A stretch of DNA of 64,000 nucleotides, taken from positions 128,001-192,000 of the forward strand of contig CAVTRY010000022.1 of the NCBI GenBank assembly GCA_963737265.1, in the 5' to 3' direction. Below the pieces are notes generated by a model. That model was not told where the DNA came from, ran no database searches, and saw only the letters and a list, made by a program, of their open reading frames with translations. Shown here in pieces: positions 29,157-40,853 of this stretch. This stretch comes from an uncultured delta proteobacterium (lineage in GTDB: Bacteria; Myxococcota_A; Polyangia; Fen-1088). A program made the position numbers and the translations under genes. How positions within the stretch are numbered: position 1 is the stretch's first letter; each line of letters starts with the position of its first letter.

Positions 29157-30169
29157 TTCGGCCGACGTTCTGTCGTGAACGGCGCGAAAGTGCCGCCAGG
29201 GGTGTCACCGTGGGTGCGCAACGCCTCGGTTCTCTCTGCGCCGGCGATGGCCAACGCCAACAGCCCGCACAGAGTGAAAAGAGCCGGCTTGGGCGAGGTG
29301 ATCTCGAGGCCCGCGACGGCCAGAAGCAGTAATCCCCAACCGATCAGACGCGATTGGCCTGGTACGGCCAGGCAGCTTACGGTGGATGCGCCAAGGCAGG
29401 CTAGTGCAACGATGAGCGCGCCGGTGTACAGCCGCTCCGTAGATGATGCGAGGCCAGTCAGATCGACGTGCAGCCCGTAGAACGCCACCGCCTGGACCAG
29501 GTCGAAGCGGAGCATGGCGGCGGCGCCAAGCGCGACCGCTAGCAAGATTCCAGCGCCGACGGTGATGGCGGCCCTGCCGGCACTCCAAGGCCTCGGGGTC
29601 AAAAGGACCGGTGTCGCGGTCATGGCGGCCAGGGCAACCGCGTGGGCCACGCGAACCATCTGACTCGGCTCGAGCCGCGACCACGACATGCGATCGCAAA
29701 ACAGCGCCACCGCCTGAAGCACGATAGGAAGCGCGAAAAGGGTCACGCCAAGTTTTGAACGCCAGGGGCGCGCGCCATGCCAGACGCCAAGCGCCAGGAA
29801 GAAGACGAGAAAGCCGTGACTGATGCGCAGATGGATGTGGTATCGGGGCGTGCCGAGGATCCAAAGCACGCCGAGGGCGGACAGGACCGAGAAAAACAGT
29901 CCGACCGTGCTAACCGTGATGCGCATGGAGCGGGGAAAGACGTCGTCCGAGCGCAGGGCGCGCAGCAACGCTGCCACCGCGAGCAGCAGGGCCAAGATCC
30001 CCGCCAGGTTCGAGACGAAGAGGCCGAAATCGGAGAGCAGGCGCTCGGCCGCGGTGCCGTGCCGGCTGGGTAGGAAGACCCCGTTGACGATGCGATAGAA
30101 GACGAGGTCGGCCAGCGCCGCGAGGGCGAGCAAGGCCGTCAGATTCAGTGCCAGCAGCAGTCTGCGCAT
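29153..30169 (-). CDS. Hypothetical polytopic membrane protein
   Basis: From MRRLLLALN onward, about 10 hydrophobic helices. Confidence 0.75.
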   Translation of the reverse strand: MRRLLLALNLTALLALAALADLVFYRIVNGVFLPSRHGTAAERLLSDFGLFVSNLAGILALLLAVAALLRALRSDDVFPRSMRITVSTVGLFFSVLSALGVLWILGTPRYHIHLRISHGFLVFFLALGVWHGARPWRSKLGVTLFALPIVLQAVALFCDRMSWSRLEPSQMVRVAHAVALAAMTATPVLLTPRPWSAGRAAITVGAGILLAVALGAAAMLRFDLVQAVAFYGLHVDLTGLASSTERLYTGALIVALACLGASTVSCLAVPGQSRLIGWGLLLLAVAGLEITSPKPALFTLCGLLALAIAGAERTEALRTHGDTPGGTFAPFTTERRPN

Positions 30170-30348
30170 CGCCGCGCAGTATATGCCGATGGGGTTGCGT
30201 GTGCCCGCGGAAGCGCGCCCCAAGGATTGCGAAAAGGCAATGCCTCCGTGCTCTCGCGGAATTTTGCCAGGGTGGTACCATTGCTCCACAGCCATGATTT
30301 GCGCACCGGCCGGCAACGAGACTTGGGCGCAAGACCCAAGAAACCAGC

Positions 30349-33300
30349 ATGCACGGCAGTGACGACTACCTTGCCGGCTTGGCGCAGATCCATTCGCGCG
30401 AGAGCCTGGACGATCGCCGATCGCTGTGGCGCCAGGGCTTGGCCAGCCTGGCGGCGGCCGCGGCGGATCAGCAGCCCACGCCGCTCGAAGGCTTGGCCAC
30501 CGATCAACTTTTGGCCAGTGTGCGCTGCGCGCTTTCCACGGGTCTGGCCGAGGATCTGTCCTTTCTCTCCCGGCCCGTGGCGGCCGCGGCCATGTTCGAA
30601 TTGGCCGGCGCCTTGCCACCAAGCCCCGAAAAGCGCGAGCTCGGCCGCCGCGTGCTAGTCGAGCTGCACGAAGGCGACGCGGCGACCTTCGTGACCTTGG
30701 CCACGGCGTTGGCGCTTTCGTCGCCGCGCGCGCTGGGCGGAGCGCCGGTTCGTGCGCGCGTGGCCCTTTCGCTGCGTCTACCGCTCGCCACCGGGGCTCA
30801 TGTGGATGGCTTGGCGCTGGCGCTGGTCTCGCGCCCCGAGCTCGAACGCGGATGGCTTTCCGCGCATTCGATGGGCGCCTTGCCGGCGCGGCGTCTAGCG
30901 GCTCGGCTGCTCGAACGGGCGGCGCGCGAGGCGGCGCGACGGGCCAAGGAAGGCGACGACAGCGGCGTGCGCGTGTTCGAACGTCCGTCGGTGCGCACGG
31001 CATGGACGCGACTTATCAGCGACCGCGAGTCGCTGGTGTGGCGGCACGTGGCGGTCGCGCGCGGCTTGCTTGCGGTGGCGGCCCCCATGCGCGCGGCGGA
31101 AATCGAAAGGGATTTGGCGCCACGGTTTGGTCCGAGCGAATGGCGTCGCTCGGCCACGTCGCTGGCCGCCACCGTCGCCCACGACCCCACCAACGCTTTG
31201 CCCGCCTGTCTGAAACTGCTGCAAAGCGATCTTCAAACGCGCGACAACGGGATCGCGTCGGCCATGATTTTCGGCCTGTCCCGCGTGGTTGAGCAGGAGC
31301 CCGAGGCCGCCGACGAGCTTTTGGCCAGGCTGGTTCCTTGCGGCGGCATCGAGGCCATCGAGGCGCTGGCCGACCTGCGCGAAGAACACTTCGGCCATCC
31401 CATCGGCGCGCAGGCGGCGTTCATGGCCATCGATCGCTTGCGCGCCAAGGAATCATCGTCGGACGACGGCACCGTGGCTCTTATCGAAGCCCTCATCGAC
31501 GATCTCGACATGGGCGCCGAGCGGCCGCGCAGCTCGTTGCGGTTGCATCTCAGCGACGCCTTGCAGGCCTTTGCCGAGGGGCGCGAGCTCGGCAGCGCGA
31601 CCGATGCCGCGCTCGAACGTGGCGAGTACGGCGATGGACATCCTTGAGAGCACTGGCGATGAGGGCGCGAAGGAACGTCAAATCACCTTCCGAGCCCTGC
31701 GCGAGCTGGACGCCGGGCTGCTCGTGACCTCGGTTCTCTCCGACCTATTGACCGTGCGCAGCCGAAGCGAGCGCGGACCGAGCCCGTTGACTGGTATCTT
31801 GTGGCGTCTCGGCAGTTGGCTGCTCGTGCGCGAGCACCAACCCGTCACCAGCGAAGAGATCCCGCACCTCACCCTGCGCTTTCGCCAGCTACGCACCTTG
31901 CTGCACCTGGTGGATTCGGACATCGCCGACACTGAAGAACCCACCACGGAGTCGCGCGGCCGGCGCCTGCACATGTTCAAGTTGCTCGCCCAGCGCGCGC
32001 AAGCTGACGTACCGTCACCCCTGCGCCGGCTTCTGTGCGCGACGCTGGCCCGCGCGGCCGACGCGCTCGCGCGCGAGCAGGTGTGCGAGCTGTCCGACGT
32101 TTTCGTGGCCACGCTGTGGAGCTTGAGCAGCACCGCCGATCTGCGCGCCCTGTCCGAGGCGTGCATGGTGCCGGAATTCAAGGAGGTGTTCGCGCCGGCG
32201 GCGCAAGTTCCGCGCGCCCTTGCCGAGCGCGGCGGACAAGCGGACGAACAAGGTTTGGTTGAGAGTCTGCGCGAGGTGGCCGAGGCCTTGCCACCGGGAA
32301 GCTCGGCGCGCGTCGAGGGGTTGCGCCGGGGCATCCTCGGCATCACCCGCGTGCTTGAAAGTCTCAACGAAGCGGTTTCGCTCACGGAGCTGCGCAAGGG
32401 CGAAAACAGCACTGCAATCGATCGCTTGGCGGGCGCCATTGCCTACGCCGCGCGCCTATGTGCCGGGGCCATGCGCCGCACGGGACTGCGTGAAGGCAAT
32501 TTTTCGTCGTCCTCCACGCGGGCTCTGCGCCGCTTGGAGGCATGGATCGCAAGGGCCCTGCGCGAGCACGACGAGGGTGTGGGGGCTGCTGCCGCGGCGG
32601 CGGCCGAAGCCGTGCGCCAGGATCTACCACCGCTTCTGGCCGAGGTCGTGGCGCGTGTGTTGATGCGCGTCGGCCGCCTGCCGCGCGAACCGCGCCCGTC
32701 GAGCGAGATCACCCACATCACCAAGCAGAAGCGGCAATTGCACCTACCATCGTGGCTGCCACCCAGCCGAATCGTCGGCGGCTTCTTCGTCGTGCGTCCC
32801 ATCGGCACTGGCGGCGGCGGGTCGGTCTTCGTCGCTCGCCGGTCGGAGGAACGGCACGAGGAAGGCGCGGAAACCTTCGCGCTCAAGGTGCCGGCGTACA
32901 CCGGCGCGGCGGCGCACACCCTGTCGGAAGAAGAGTTCATGCAGCTCTTCCGCGAAGAAGCCGGTGCGCTTCTGACGCTACCACGGCATACGAACATCGC
33001 GGGCTTCGTTACCTTCGACGCCGGAGCCCGACCCAAACCCATCCTGGTGATGGAGCTGGTGATGGGAAACACCCTGGAGCGTTTGGTGGATAGGCGCCAG
33101 TTCAGCATTCACGAGGCGCTCGACGTGCTCGACGGCATGGGCGCGGGCCTGGAGGCGATGCACGAGGCCGGGCTGGCTCATCTCGACGTCAAGCCGGCCA
33201 ACATCATCCTGCGCTCGCGGCGGGACAATGCTTCGCCTCGCCGGGCGCGCGCCGAGGGCCGGCAGGTTCCAGTCTTGGTGGATTTCGGTCTCGCCGGGCG

Positions 33301-33682
33301 CAAGGTCCGGCCGGGCTGCGGCAGCCCCTATTACGGCGGGCCCGAGGTTTGGGACAGCTCCTCGTTCGGAGACAAGATCGATGCGCGCGCAACCGACGTC
33401 TACGCCTTCGCTTGTTTGGCTTTCGAGCTTCTCACCGGCGGTCCCCTTTTCGCGGCCGAGTCGCTGCCGGCGATCTTTTCGGCGCACCTCGGCCACGACG
33501 GCGATCCGGCGACGTTGGCGTGGATGCGTGGGGACAAGAGGCTCGGTCCCTTGGGAGAGCTACTCTCCGCCGGTTTACGGCGCGAGCCCAGCAAGCGCCT
33601 GAACATCAAAGAGATGCGTGTCGGCCTGGCCGAGATCGGCAAGGAAAGGCTGACGGGTAGCGCCTGGCCGCTACAGCCGTAG
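30349..33682 (+). CDS. Large alpha-helical protein with C-terminal Ser/Thr kinase; +1 frameshift near 31617
   Basis: ORF 30349..31647 joins ORF 31289..33682 at ..AAL/(E/N)VASTAMDIL; [23 protein letters not shown]. Confidence 0.8.
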
Positions 33683-33765
33683 CTCGAGGCGCGCCCCGCC
33701 CGCCAGAGCAATCGGTTGTCGAGAAATTCGCCGGGATTGAGGTATGGTTCCGCCTGGCCAAGACC

Positions 33766-34809
33766 ATGAAAATCCTAATTACCGGCGGCGCCGGCTTCAT
33801 CGGCGCTAATTTCTTGAACCTACTCGTTCCGCGCCATCCGGAGCTTTCCTTCGTCAACCTGGACGCTCTGACCTACGCCGCGAATCCGCGCAGCCTCGTC
33901 GCGCTGGAGAAGCGGGCCAATTACGCCTTCCGGCGCGTCGACCTGGTGGATTTCGAGGCCGTGCGCGCCGCCCTGAACCAGATCCGTCCCGACGTGGTGA
34001 TTCACTTCGCGGCCGAGAGCCACGTGGATCGCTCCATCAGCGGACCGCGCCCGTTCGTGCGCACCAACATCGAAGGCACCTTCAACTTGCTCGAAGCGTG
34101 CCGCGAGATCTGGAAACCCGGCGAGGGCTTGTTCCACCATGTTTCCACCGACGAGGTCTACGGTTCGCTCGGCGCCGAGGGCTTGTTCACCGAGGAGACC
34201 CGTTACGATCCGTCGAGCCCGTATTCGGCGTCCAAGGCCGCGAGCGATCACCTGGTGCGCGCCTGGGGCCGCACCTTCGGCATGCCAGTCAAAATTACCA
34301 ACTGCTCGAACAACTACGGCCCGCTGCAATTTCCCGAGAAGCTCATTCCGCTCATGATCCTCAATTTGGTGGAACGTAAGCCCCTGCCGGTCTACGGCAA
34401 GGGCGAAAACGTGCGCGACTGGCTCTACGTCGGCGATCACTGCGAGGCCATCTGGACCGTGGTCCAAAAAGGCAGGCCGGGCGAGACCTACAACATCGGC
34501 GGGCGCAGCGAGCAGCGCAACATCGATGTGGTCAAGCAACTGTGCGCCATCATCGCGCAGGAAACTGGCGCCAGCGAAGCCGAGCTTCTGGGATTGATTA
34601 CCTACGTGAAAGATCGCCCCGGCCACGACTTACGCTACGCCATCGACGCCAGCAAGATCGAACGCGAGCTCGGCTGGAAACCGAGCGAAACCTTCGCCTC
34701 GGGTCTGCGCAAGACCGTGCGTTGGTACTTGGACAACCCGGCCTGGGTGGAGAGCGTGCGCACCGGCGAATATCGGACTTGGATCGACAAGAATTACGGA
34801 GACCGCTAG
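33766..34809 (+). CDS. rfbB: dTDP-glucose 4,6-dehydratase
   Basis: [46 protein letters not shown]. Confidence 0.97.
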   Translation: MKILITGGAGFIGANFLNLLVPRHPELSFVNLDALTYAANPRSLVALEKRANYAFRRVDLVDFEAVRAALNQIRPDVVIHFAAESHVDRSISGPRPFVRTNIEGTFNLLEACREIWKPGEGLFHHVSTDEVYGSLGAEGLFTEETRYDPSSPYSASKAASDHLVRAWGRTFGMPVKITNCSNNYGPLQFPEKLIPLMILNLVERKPLPVYGKGENVRDWLYVGDHCEAIWTVVQKGRPGETYNIGGRSEQRNIDVVKQLCAIIAQETGASEAELLGLITYVKDRPGHDLRYAIDASKIERELGWKPSETFASGLRKTVRWYLDNPAWVESVRTGEYRTWIDKNYGDR

Positions 34810-34811
34810 CC

Positions 34812-35693
34812 ATGGTAAACAAGGGCATCATCCTCGCCGGCGGGTCGGGCACGCGGCTTCACCCCATCACCCGCGCAGTCAGCAAGCAGCTGGTACCGGT
34901 TTACGACAAGCCGATGATTTACTACCCGCTGTCGGTGCTGATGCTGGCCGGAATTCGCGAAGTTCTGGTCATCACCACGCCCGCCGATCAAGAGCCGTTT
35001 CGCCGGCTGCTCGGCGACGGGCGGCAGTGGGGCCTTTCCATCAGCTACGCCGTGCAACCCAGCCCCGACGGGTTGGCGCAGGCATTTCTCATCGGTCGCG
35101 GGTTCATCGCCGGCGATCCCTGCGCGCTGGTTCTCGGCGACAACATTTTCTACGGCCACGGGCTTCCGTCCTTGTTTGAAAAGGTCGTGCGGCGCGATTC
35201 CGGCGCCACGGTCTTTGGCTATTTCGTGCAGAACCCCGAGGCCTATGGCGTGGCCGAGCTGGACGCCGACGGGCGGGTCACTGGCCTCGAAGAAAAGCCC
35301 CAGCAGCCAAAGAGCAACTACGCCGTGACCGGCCTCTATTTCTACGACGCGCAGGTGGTGGACCTGGCCACGTCGCTCAAGCCGAGCGCGCGCGGCGAGC
35401 TGGAAATCACCGATCTCAACCGTCTGTACCTCGAACGCGGCCAGCTCTATCTCGAAAAAATGGGGCGCGGGGTAGCTTGGCTCGACACCGGCACCCACGA
35501 TTCGTTGTTGCAGGCGGCGCAGTTCATTCAGACCATCCAGGCGCGCCAGGGTCTGATGGTTTCTTGCCCGGAAGAGATCGCCTTTGCCAAGGGCTGGATC
35601 GACGTGGCGAAGTTGGAAGACCTGGCGCGGCCACTCTGCAAGACCGCCTACGGCCAGTACCTGCTGCAATTGGCCGAGCGAGGCACGATATGA
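34812..35693 (+). CDS. rfbA: Glucose-1-phosphate thymidylyltransferase
   Basis: [44 protein letters not shown]. Confidence 0.97.
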   Translation: MVNKGIILAGGSGTRLHPITRAVSKQLVPVYDKPMIYYPLSVLMLAGIREVLVITTPADQEPFRRLLGDGRQWGLSISYAVQPSPDGLAQAFLIGRGFIAGDPCALVLGDNIFYGHGLPSLFEKVVRRDSGATVFGYFVQNPEAYGVAELDADGRVTGLEEKPQQPKSNYAVTGLYFYDAQVVDLATSLKPSARGELEITDLNRLYLERGQLYLEKMGRGVAWLDTGTHDSLLQAAQFIQTIQARQGLMVSCPEEIAFAKGWIDVAKLEDLARPLCKTAYGQYLLQLAERGTI

Positions 35694-36247
35694 AGATAGA
35701 AACCACCAACCTGCCCGGCGTGCTGCTCATCGAGCCCAAACGCCTCGGCGATGCACGCGGCTACTTTCTCGAAACCTGGCACGAAGAACGCTACGCCGCC
35801 GCAGGCATCAACCTTCGCTTCGTGCAGGACAACCTGTCGCGCTCGGTGCGCGGGATCCTGCGCGGCCTGCATCTGCAACACCCGACCGATCAAGGCAAGC
35901 TGGTCTACGTGGTCGAAGGTGAAGTCTTCGACGTTGCGGTCGATGTGCGCGTGGGATCGCCGAGTTTTGGCCAGTGGACCGGCGCCACGCTGTCGGCGCG
36001 GGATCACCGCCAACTTTGGATCCCGCCGGGCTTTGCCCACGGGTTCTGCGTGACCAGCGACGTGGCTGTGTTCGCCTACAAGTGCACGGCACCCTATTCG
36101 AGCGCTCACGAAATGGGCGTGGCATGGAACGATCCCGCGCTCGGCATCGCGTGGCCCATCGCCGATCCGCAACTATCGGCCAAAGACGCCGCTCTGCCAC
36201 GTCTGGCCGACATCGATCCCGCGCATTTGCCGCGCTTGCAAGGCTAG
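35690..36247 (+). CDS. rfbC: dTDP-4-dehydrorhamnose 3,5-epimerase
   Basis: [41 protein letters not shown]. Confidence 0.96.
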   Translation: MKIETTNLPGVLLIEPKRLGDARGYFLETWHEERYAAAGINLRFVQDNLSRSVRGILRGLHLQHPTDQGKLVYVVEGEVFDVAVDVRVGSPSFGQWTGATLSARDHRQLWIPPGFAHGFCVTSDVAVFAYKCTAPYSSAHEMGVAWNDPALGIAWPIADPQLSAKDAALPRLADIDPAHLPRLQG

Positions 36248-36250
36248 CCC

Positions 36251-37099
36251 ATGGCCGCACCTGTTCTACTCATTGGTGACCGCGGCATGCTCGGCCGCGC
36301 CTTTCGCGAATTGTTCGCGCGTGGGAATCGCAGCTACCAAGGTTTCGATCTTCCCGAGCTCGACGCGGCCGACGCCGCGCAGGTCGCGACGATTTTCGCG
36401 CGGCCGTGGAGCGCGCTCATCAACTGCGCAGCCTTCACCAACGTCGACGCCGCCGAAGCCGACGAGGACGTGGCCATGCGCGGAAACGCAACCGCGCCGC
36501 GCGTCCTCGCCGAGGCTTGCGGCCGCGCCGGCATTCCTCTCGTTCACTTCAGCACCGATTACGTGTTTGCCGGCAATGCCCAGCAGCCCTATGCCGTCGA
36601 TGCGCTGGTGCAGCCACTTGGTGCCTACGGTCGCACCAAGGCGGCGGGCGAAGGCGCCATCCGCTCGAGCGGAGCGCGCCACCTCATCGTGCGCACCAGT
36701 TGGCTCTACGCGCCCTGGGCCAACAACTTCGTTCGCACCATGGCCAAGCTGACGCGCGACAAGCCGTCGCTCAAGGTGGTGAACGATCAGCGTGGCCGGC
36801 CCACCAGCGCCGAGCACCTGGCCGCAACGACCCTCGCCCTGCTCGATCGCCAGGCCACCGGCACCTTCCACGTCACCGATGGCGGCGAGTGCACCTGGTA
36901 CGAATTTACCGTCGCCATCGCGCAAAAACTGGCGCGCACCTGCACCATCACGCCTTGTACGACGGCCGAGTTCCCCCGTCCCGCGCCGCGCCCCGCCTAC
37001 AGCGTGCTCGACCTCGGCAAGGTCGAGGCGTTGCTTGGTCCCATGCCCGATTGGAACGACAACCTGGCCTCCGTGCTGGCGCACCTGGAACCGATCTAG
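36251..37099 (+). CDS. rfbD: dTDP-4-dehydrorhamnose reductase
   Basis: GDRGMLG, AAFTNVD.AE, STDYVF, YGRTK, DQRGRPT, RPAYSVL. Confidence 0.95.
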   Translation: MAAPVLLIGDRGMLGRAFRELFARGNRSYQGFDLPELDAADAAQVATIFARPWSALINCAAFTNVDAAEADEDVAMRGNATAPRVLAEACGRAGIPLVHFSTDYVFAGNAQQPYAVDALVQPLGAYGRTKAAGEGAIRSSGARHLIVRTSWLYAPWANNFVRTMAKLTRDKPSLKVVNDQRGRPTSAEHLAATTLALLDRQATGTFHVTDGGECTWYEFTVAIAQKLARTCTITPCTTAEFPRPAPRPAYSVLDLGKVEALLGPMPDWNDNLASVLAHLEPI

Positions 37100-37204
37100 C
37101 GCTGCTGGCCCGTGGACGTCCCCTGGTTGTAGAACGCTCTTGCAGGTATCATTCCTTGCCCATGTTCCGCACTCTTCGTCTTTCTGCCCAACGTCGAGAT
37201 CGTC

Positions 37205-38446
37205 TTGATCGCCCCCAGTAAACGGCGCGGCTACTACGGCGAGTTCGGGGGCGCCTATCTGCCCGAAATTCTCGTCGCGACCTTCAAGGAATTGGAAGGT
37301 GCCTTTGCTGCGGCCCAGGCCGATTCTTCGTTCTGGGCGGAATACGTGTCCCTCATGGGCGAGTATTCGTGTCGCCCGACGCCGCTGACATTCGCCGAAA
37401 ACCTGACCCGCGATCTCGGCGGCGCGCGCATCTTCGTCAAGCGCGAAGACCTCAACCATACTGGTGCCCACAAGGCCAACAACGTCATGGGACAGGGGCT
37501 GCTGGCGCGGCGAATGGGCAAGAATCGCGTGATCGCCGAAACGGGAGCCGGCCAGCACGGCGTGGCCTGCGCTACCATGGCGGCCAAGTTCGGCTTCGAC
37601 TGCACCGTCTACATGGGCGAAGTCGATGTGGAGCGCCAGCGCCCCAACGTGTTCTGGATGGAACGCCTCGGCGCCAAGGTGGTGTCGGTCACGGACGGCT
37701 CGCGCACCCTCAAGGACGCCATCAACGAGGCCTTCCGCGACTGGGCCGCCAACATGGACACGACCCACTACGTGCTCGGCACGGCCTGCGGTCCCCATCC
37801 TTTTCCCACCATGGTCAGCTACTTCCAATCCATCATCGGCAAAGAGCTGCGCGGTCAGGTCTTGCAGCGCACCGGCCGCCTTCCTCGCCGCATCTACGCC
37901 TGCGTGGGCGGCGGCTCGAACGCGCTCGGCATTTTTGGCGAATTCCTCGCCGACGCCGAGGTGGAACTAGTGGGCGTCGAGGCCGGTGGCCACGGCTTGC
38001 CCAGCCACCGGCACGCCGCGCGCCTGGCCTCGACCGACGCCAGCGTGGGCGTGGCCCAGGGTTATCGCACCTACTTTCTGCAGGATGCCGACGGGCAAAT
38101 GCTCGACACTCACTCGGTCGCCGCGGGCCTCGACTACATCGGCGTCTCGCCCATCCTGGCCAGCCTACGCGATACCGGTCGCGTGCGCTTCGAGGCGGCG
38201 ACCGACGCCGAGGTCGTCGCGGCGCTCGCCCTCGCCGTTCGTCGCGAGGGCCTCATTCCCGCCCTCGAATCGTCGCACGCCTTCGCGCAGGCCTTCAAGG
38301 AAGCGCCGGCCTTGAGCCCCGACGACGTCATCGTCATCAATCAATCCGGGCGCGGCGATAAGGACATCTTCACCGTGGCCGATGCCTTCGGCGATCCGGC
38401 CTGGCAAGACTTCATCTGCCGCAAGGCCGCGAGCTACTCACGCTAG
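37205..38446 (+). CDS. trpB: Tryptophan synthase beta subunit
   Basis: YGEFGGAY.PE, KREDLNHTGAHK, AETGAGQHG, GGGSN, AGLDY, ALESSHA, SGRGDKD. Start uncertain. Confidence 0.96.
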   Translation: MIAPSKRRGYYGEFGGAYLPEILVATFKELEGAFAAAQADSSFWAEYVSLMGEYSCRPTPLTFAENLTRDLGGARIFVKREDLNHTGAHKANNVMGQGLLARRMGKNRVIAETGAGQHGVACATMAAKFGFDCTVYMGEVDVERQRPNVFWMERLGAKVVSVTDGSRTLKDAINEAFRDWAANMDTTHYVLGTACGPHPFPTMVSYFQSIIGKELRGQVLQRTGRLPRRIYACVGGGSNALGIFGEFLADAEVELVGVEAGGHGLPSHRHAARLASTDASVGVAQGYRTYFLQDADGQMLDTHSVAAGLDYIGVSPILASLRDTGRVRFEAATDAEVVAALALAVRREGLIPALESSHAFAQAFKEAPALSPDDVIVINQSGRGDKDIFTVADAFGDPAWQDFICRKAASYSR

Positions 38447-38459
38447 TTGCGAGACCACC

Positions 38460-39227
38460 ATGCTGGAAGCCCGACTCCGCGCCGCCCGAGCCAACAGGGA
38501 CATTTTGCTGATGACCCATATCGTCGTCGGCTACCCGAGCTTCGATGAATCGCTGAAGATCGTCGACGCCATGGTGGAGGCCGGCGTCGACCTAATGGAA
38601 TTGCAGATCCCATTTTCCGAGCCGATGGCCGACGGTCCCGTCATCGTGGCCGCCAACCAGAAGGCGCTCGCGCGCGGATCCACCGTCGAGCGCTGCTTCG
38701 ATTTCGCGGCCGAGGTCGCGCGCAGGCACGCCATCCCGTTTCTCCTTATGAGCTACTACAACGTGCTTTTCCGTGCGGGCGTCGGCGCCTTCGTCGACCG
38801 CATGAAGGCCGCGGGCCTGTGCGGCGCCATCGTGCCCGATCTGCCGCCCGAGGAGGGCAGCGCGTATCTTTCGGCCATGGAGCGCGCCGGCCTCGATCCC
38901 ATCTTCATTTTCTCGCCGAGCACGCCCGTCGACCGGCTCAAGCTCATCGCCGACAAGGCGCGCGGGTTCGTGTACTGCGTGGCCCGCAAGGGCGTCACCG
39001 GTAGCCACACGGCGTTTTCGGCCGACATCGACGCTTACCTAGCGCGCTGCCGAGCCGCGACCCGACTGCCCCTCGCGCTCGGCTTCGGCGTGCAGGACAA
39101 AACCGACGTGGACTTTCTGCGCGGCAAGGTGGACATCGCCGTGGTCGGCTCCGCGACCTTGCGTCTCATCGACGACCAGGGCACCGCCGCCGTCGGCGAT
39201 TTCATCCGTGGCCTGCGCCGGAGCTAG
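38460..39227 (+). CDS. trpA: Tryptophan synthase alpha subunit
   Basis: ELQIPFSEPMADGPVI, MSYYN, PDLP.EE, GVTG, GFG, VVGSA. Confidence 0.96.
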   Translation: MLEARLRAARANRDILLMTHIVVGYPSFDESLKIVDAMVEAGVDLMELQIPFSEPMADGPVIVAANQKALARGSTVERCFDFAAEVARRHAIPFLLMSYYNVLFRAGVGAFVDRMKAAGLCGAIVPDLPPEEGSAYLSAMERAGLDPIFIFSPSTPVDRLKLIADKARGFVYCVARKGVTGSHTAFSADIDAYLARCRAATRLPLALGFGVQDKTDVDFLRGKVDIAVVGSATLRLIDDQGTAAVGDFIRGLRRS

Positions 39228-39499
39228 ACCAGGCTCGAACCCTCCAAATCCTTGCTATGATAAATGTCGTGCGAAGGCTGGCGGGGCAGGGTGCGATTGC
39301 CGTCGAACTCGGCGTTGTACCAGTCGTCGACGCGGTGTTTGTTGTCGTGGGTGTTCCAATAGCATCCCAGCGCGATCTTCCCCGGCGACGTGGTGGCAAT
39401 TCCCGAGATTGTGCAATGGGTGTTCGAGCTTGAAACAGGCAAGCGGCATGGAATTGTGTTACACAACGAACGGTCAAGAAAATGAGCAAGGAGCAACCC

Positions 39500-40363
39500 A
39501 TGCCCGCAAATCCAAATTATAAGGCGGAACTGGTAGGTGTTTTTGGCCATCCGGTTTCCGAAAACCCCACCGTGGTGATGCAGGAGGCCGGCTTTCATGC
39601 ACTGAACCTGAATTGGCGCTATCTGACCATTGAAGTGTCTCCGCAAGACTTAGGCGCTGCCATGCAAGGAGTACGGGCGTTCAACATGAAAGGGATCAAT
39701 CTAACGATACCTCACAAAGTGGAAGTCTTGAAATATCTCGACGAAGTCAAACCGGATGCGGCTTTGATGGGCGCTGTGAATACCGTCGTCCGCGTAGGAG
39801 AAAAGCTGATTGGCGAAAACACGGACGGCAAAGGATTCATGCATGCGCTAACGCGTGATGCGAAGGTTGACCCCAAAGGCAAAAAGGTGCTGGTGCTTGG
39901 CTCCGGCGGGGCCGCCCGGTCGATTACGGTGGAGCTGGCGCTGGCAGGCGCACAACAGATCACGATCGTGAATCGTTCTTTCGAAAGGGGCATGGCACTG
40001 GCCGAACTCTTGAATTCGAAAACGCCAACAAAGGCAGTTTTCATTCAATGGCAAGGGCAATCTTCCGTCCCCAAAGATACCGACATTCTGGTCAACGCCA
40101 CCTCGATTGGACTGTTCCCGAATATCCATGAAAAGCCGGATATCGATTATGCTTCGATTGGTCCAGAAATGGTTGTCTGCGATGTGATTCATACGCCCTT
40201 GACTCCATTTCTCGAAGAAGCAAAGGCGCGAGGTGCCAAGATCCTCGGCGGTCTGGGAATGCTGGTTTATCAGGGTGCCATCGGCTTCAAGTTGTGGACG
40301 GCGCTGGATGCGCCGGTTGAAGCGATGTATGGGGCGTTGTTCAAAGCATTTAAGCTGAAATAG
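39500..40363 (+). CDS. aroE: Shikimate dehydrogenase family protein
   Basis: G.PV, NLTIPHK, GAVNT, NTDGKG, GSGGAAR, VNATSIG, GLGMLVYQG; ATG 39500 after AAGGAG. Confidence 0.9.
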   Translation: MPANPNYKAELVGVFGHPVSENPTVVMQEAGFHALNLNWRYLTIEVSPQDLGAAMQGVRAFNMKGINLTIPHKVEVLKYLDEVKPDAALMGAVNTVVRVGEKLIGENTDGKGFMHALTRDAKVDPKGKKVLVLGSGGAARSITVELALAGAQQITIVNRSFERGMALAELLNSKTPTKAVFIQWQGQSSVPKDTDILVNATSIGLFPNIHEKPDIDYASIGPEMVVCDVIHTPLTPFLEEAKARGAKILGGLGMLVYQGAIGFKLWTALDAPVEAMYGALFKAFKLK

Positions 40364-40371
40364 GAGGTCGC

Positions 40372-40767
40372 ATGAAGAAGGACGGAATCGTCAACCAAGA
40401 GTTATTGACCGTCATGGGATCTCTCGGCCATACGGACAGGATCGTGGTATGCGATGAGGGTTTGCCAATTGATGGACACGTCAAACGGATAGACCTGTCG
40501 ATTACGAAGGGCAATGTAAGGCTCATGGATGTCCTGAGGCCACTATTGAATGAGCTGGTGGTGGAGAAGGTCATTCTGGCGCAGGAGATTGTTGCAAGAA
40601 GCCCGGCGATGTACCAGGACATCGTTTCTCTGACCCAAGGCATCCCCGTGGAGCTGGTCAGCCATGAAGAATTCAAGAAGCTGACCAGAGACACAAAAGC
40701 GATTATCCGAACGGGCGAGTGTACACCGTATGCAAATATCATTTTGCAATCGGGAGTGAATTTCTGA
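40372..40767 (+). CDS. rbsD: D-ribose pyranase
   Basis: MKK.GI.N, LGHTD.I..CD.GLPI, SHEEFK, IRTGECTPYANIIL.SGV.F. Confidence 0.93.
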   Translation: MKKDGIVNQELLTVMGSLGHTDRIVVCDEGLPIDGHVKRIDLSITKGNVRLMDVLRPLLNELVVEKVILAQEIVARSPAMYQDIVSLTQGIPVELVSHEEFKKLTRDTKAIIRTGECTPYANIILQSGVNF

Positions 40768-40853
40768 CAGAGGCATTCATTCATGAAGGCCACGTTCGAC
40801 GGTCGCGCCTTCACGTCACCGGGGCCAGGCAGCGGGTGTAATAGTTACTGTCG

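Noticed and set aside
37162-37221. Short ORF before trpB as an attenuator leader
   Set aside because: It has no Trp codons and no evident terminator/antiterminator.
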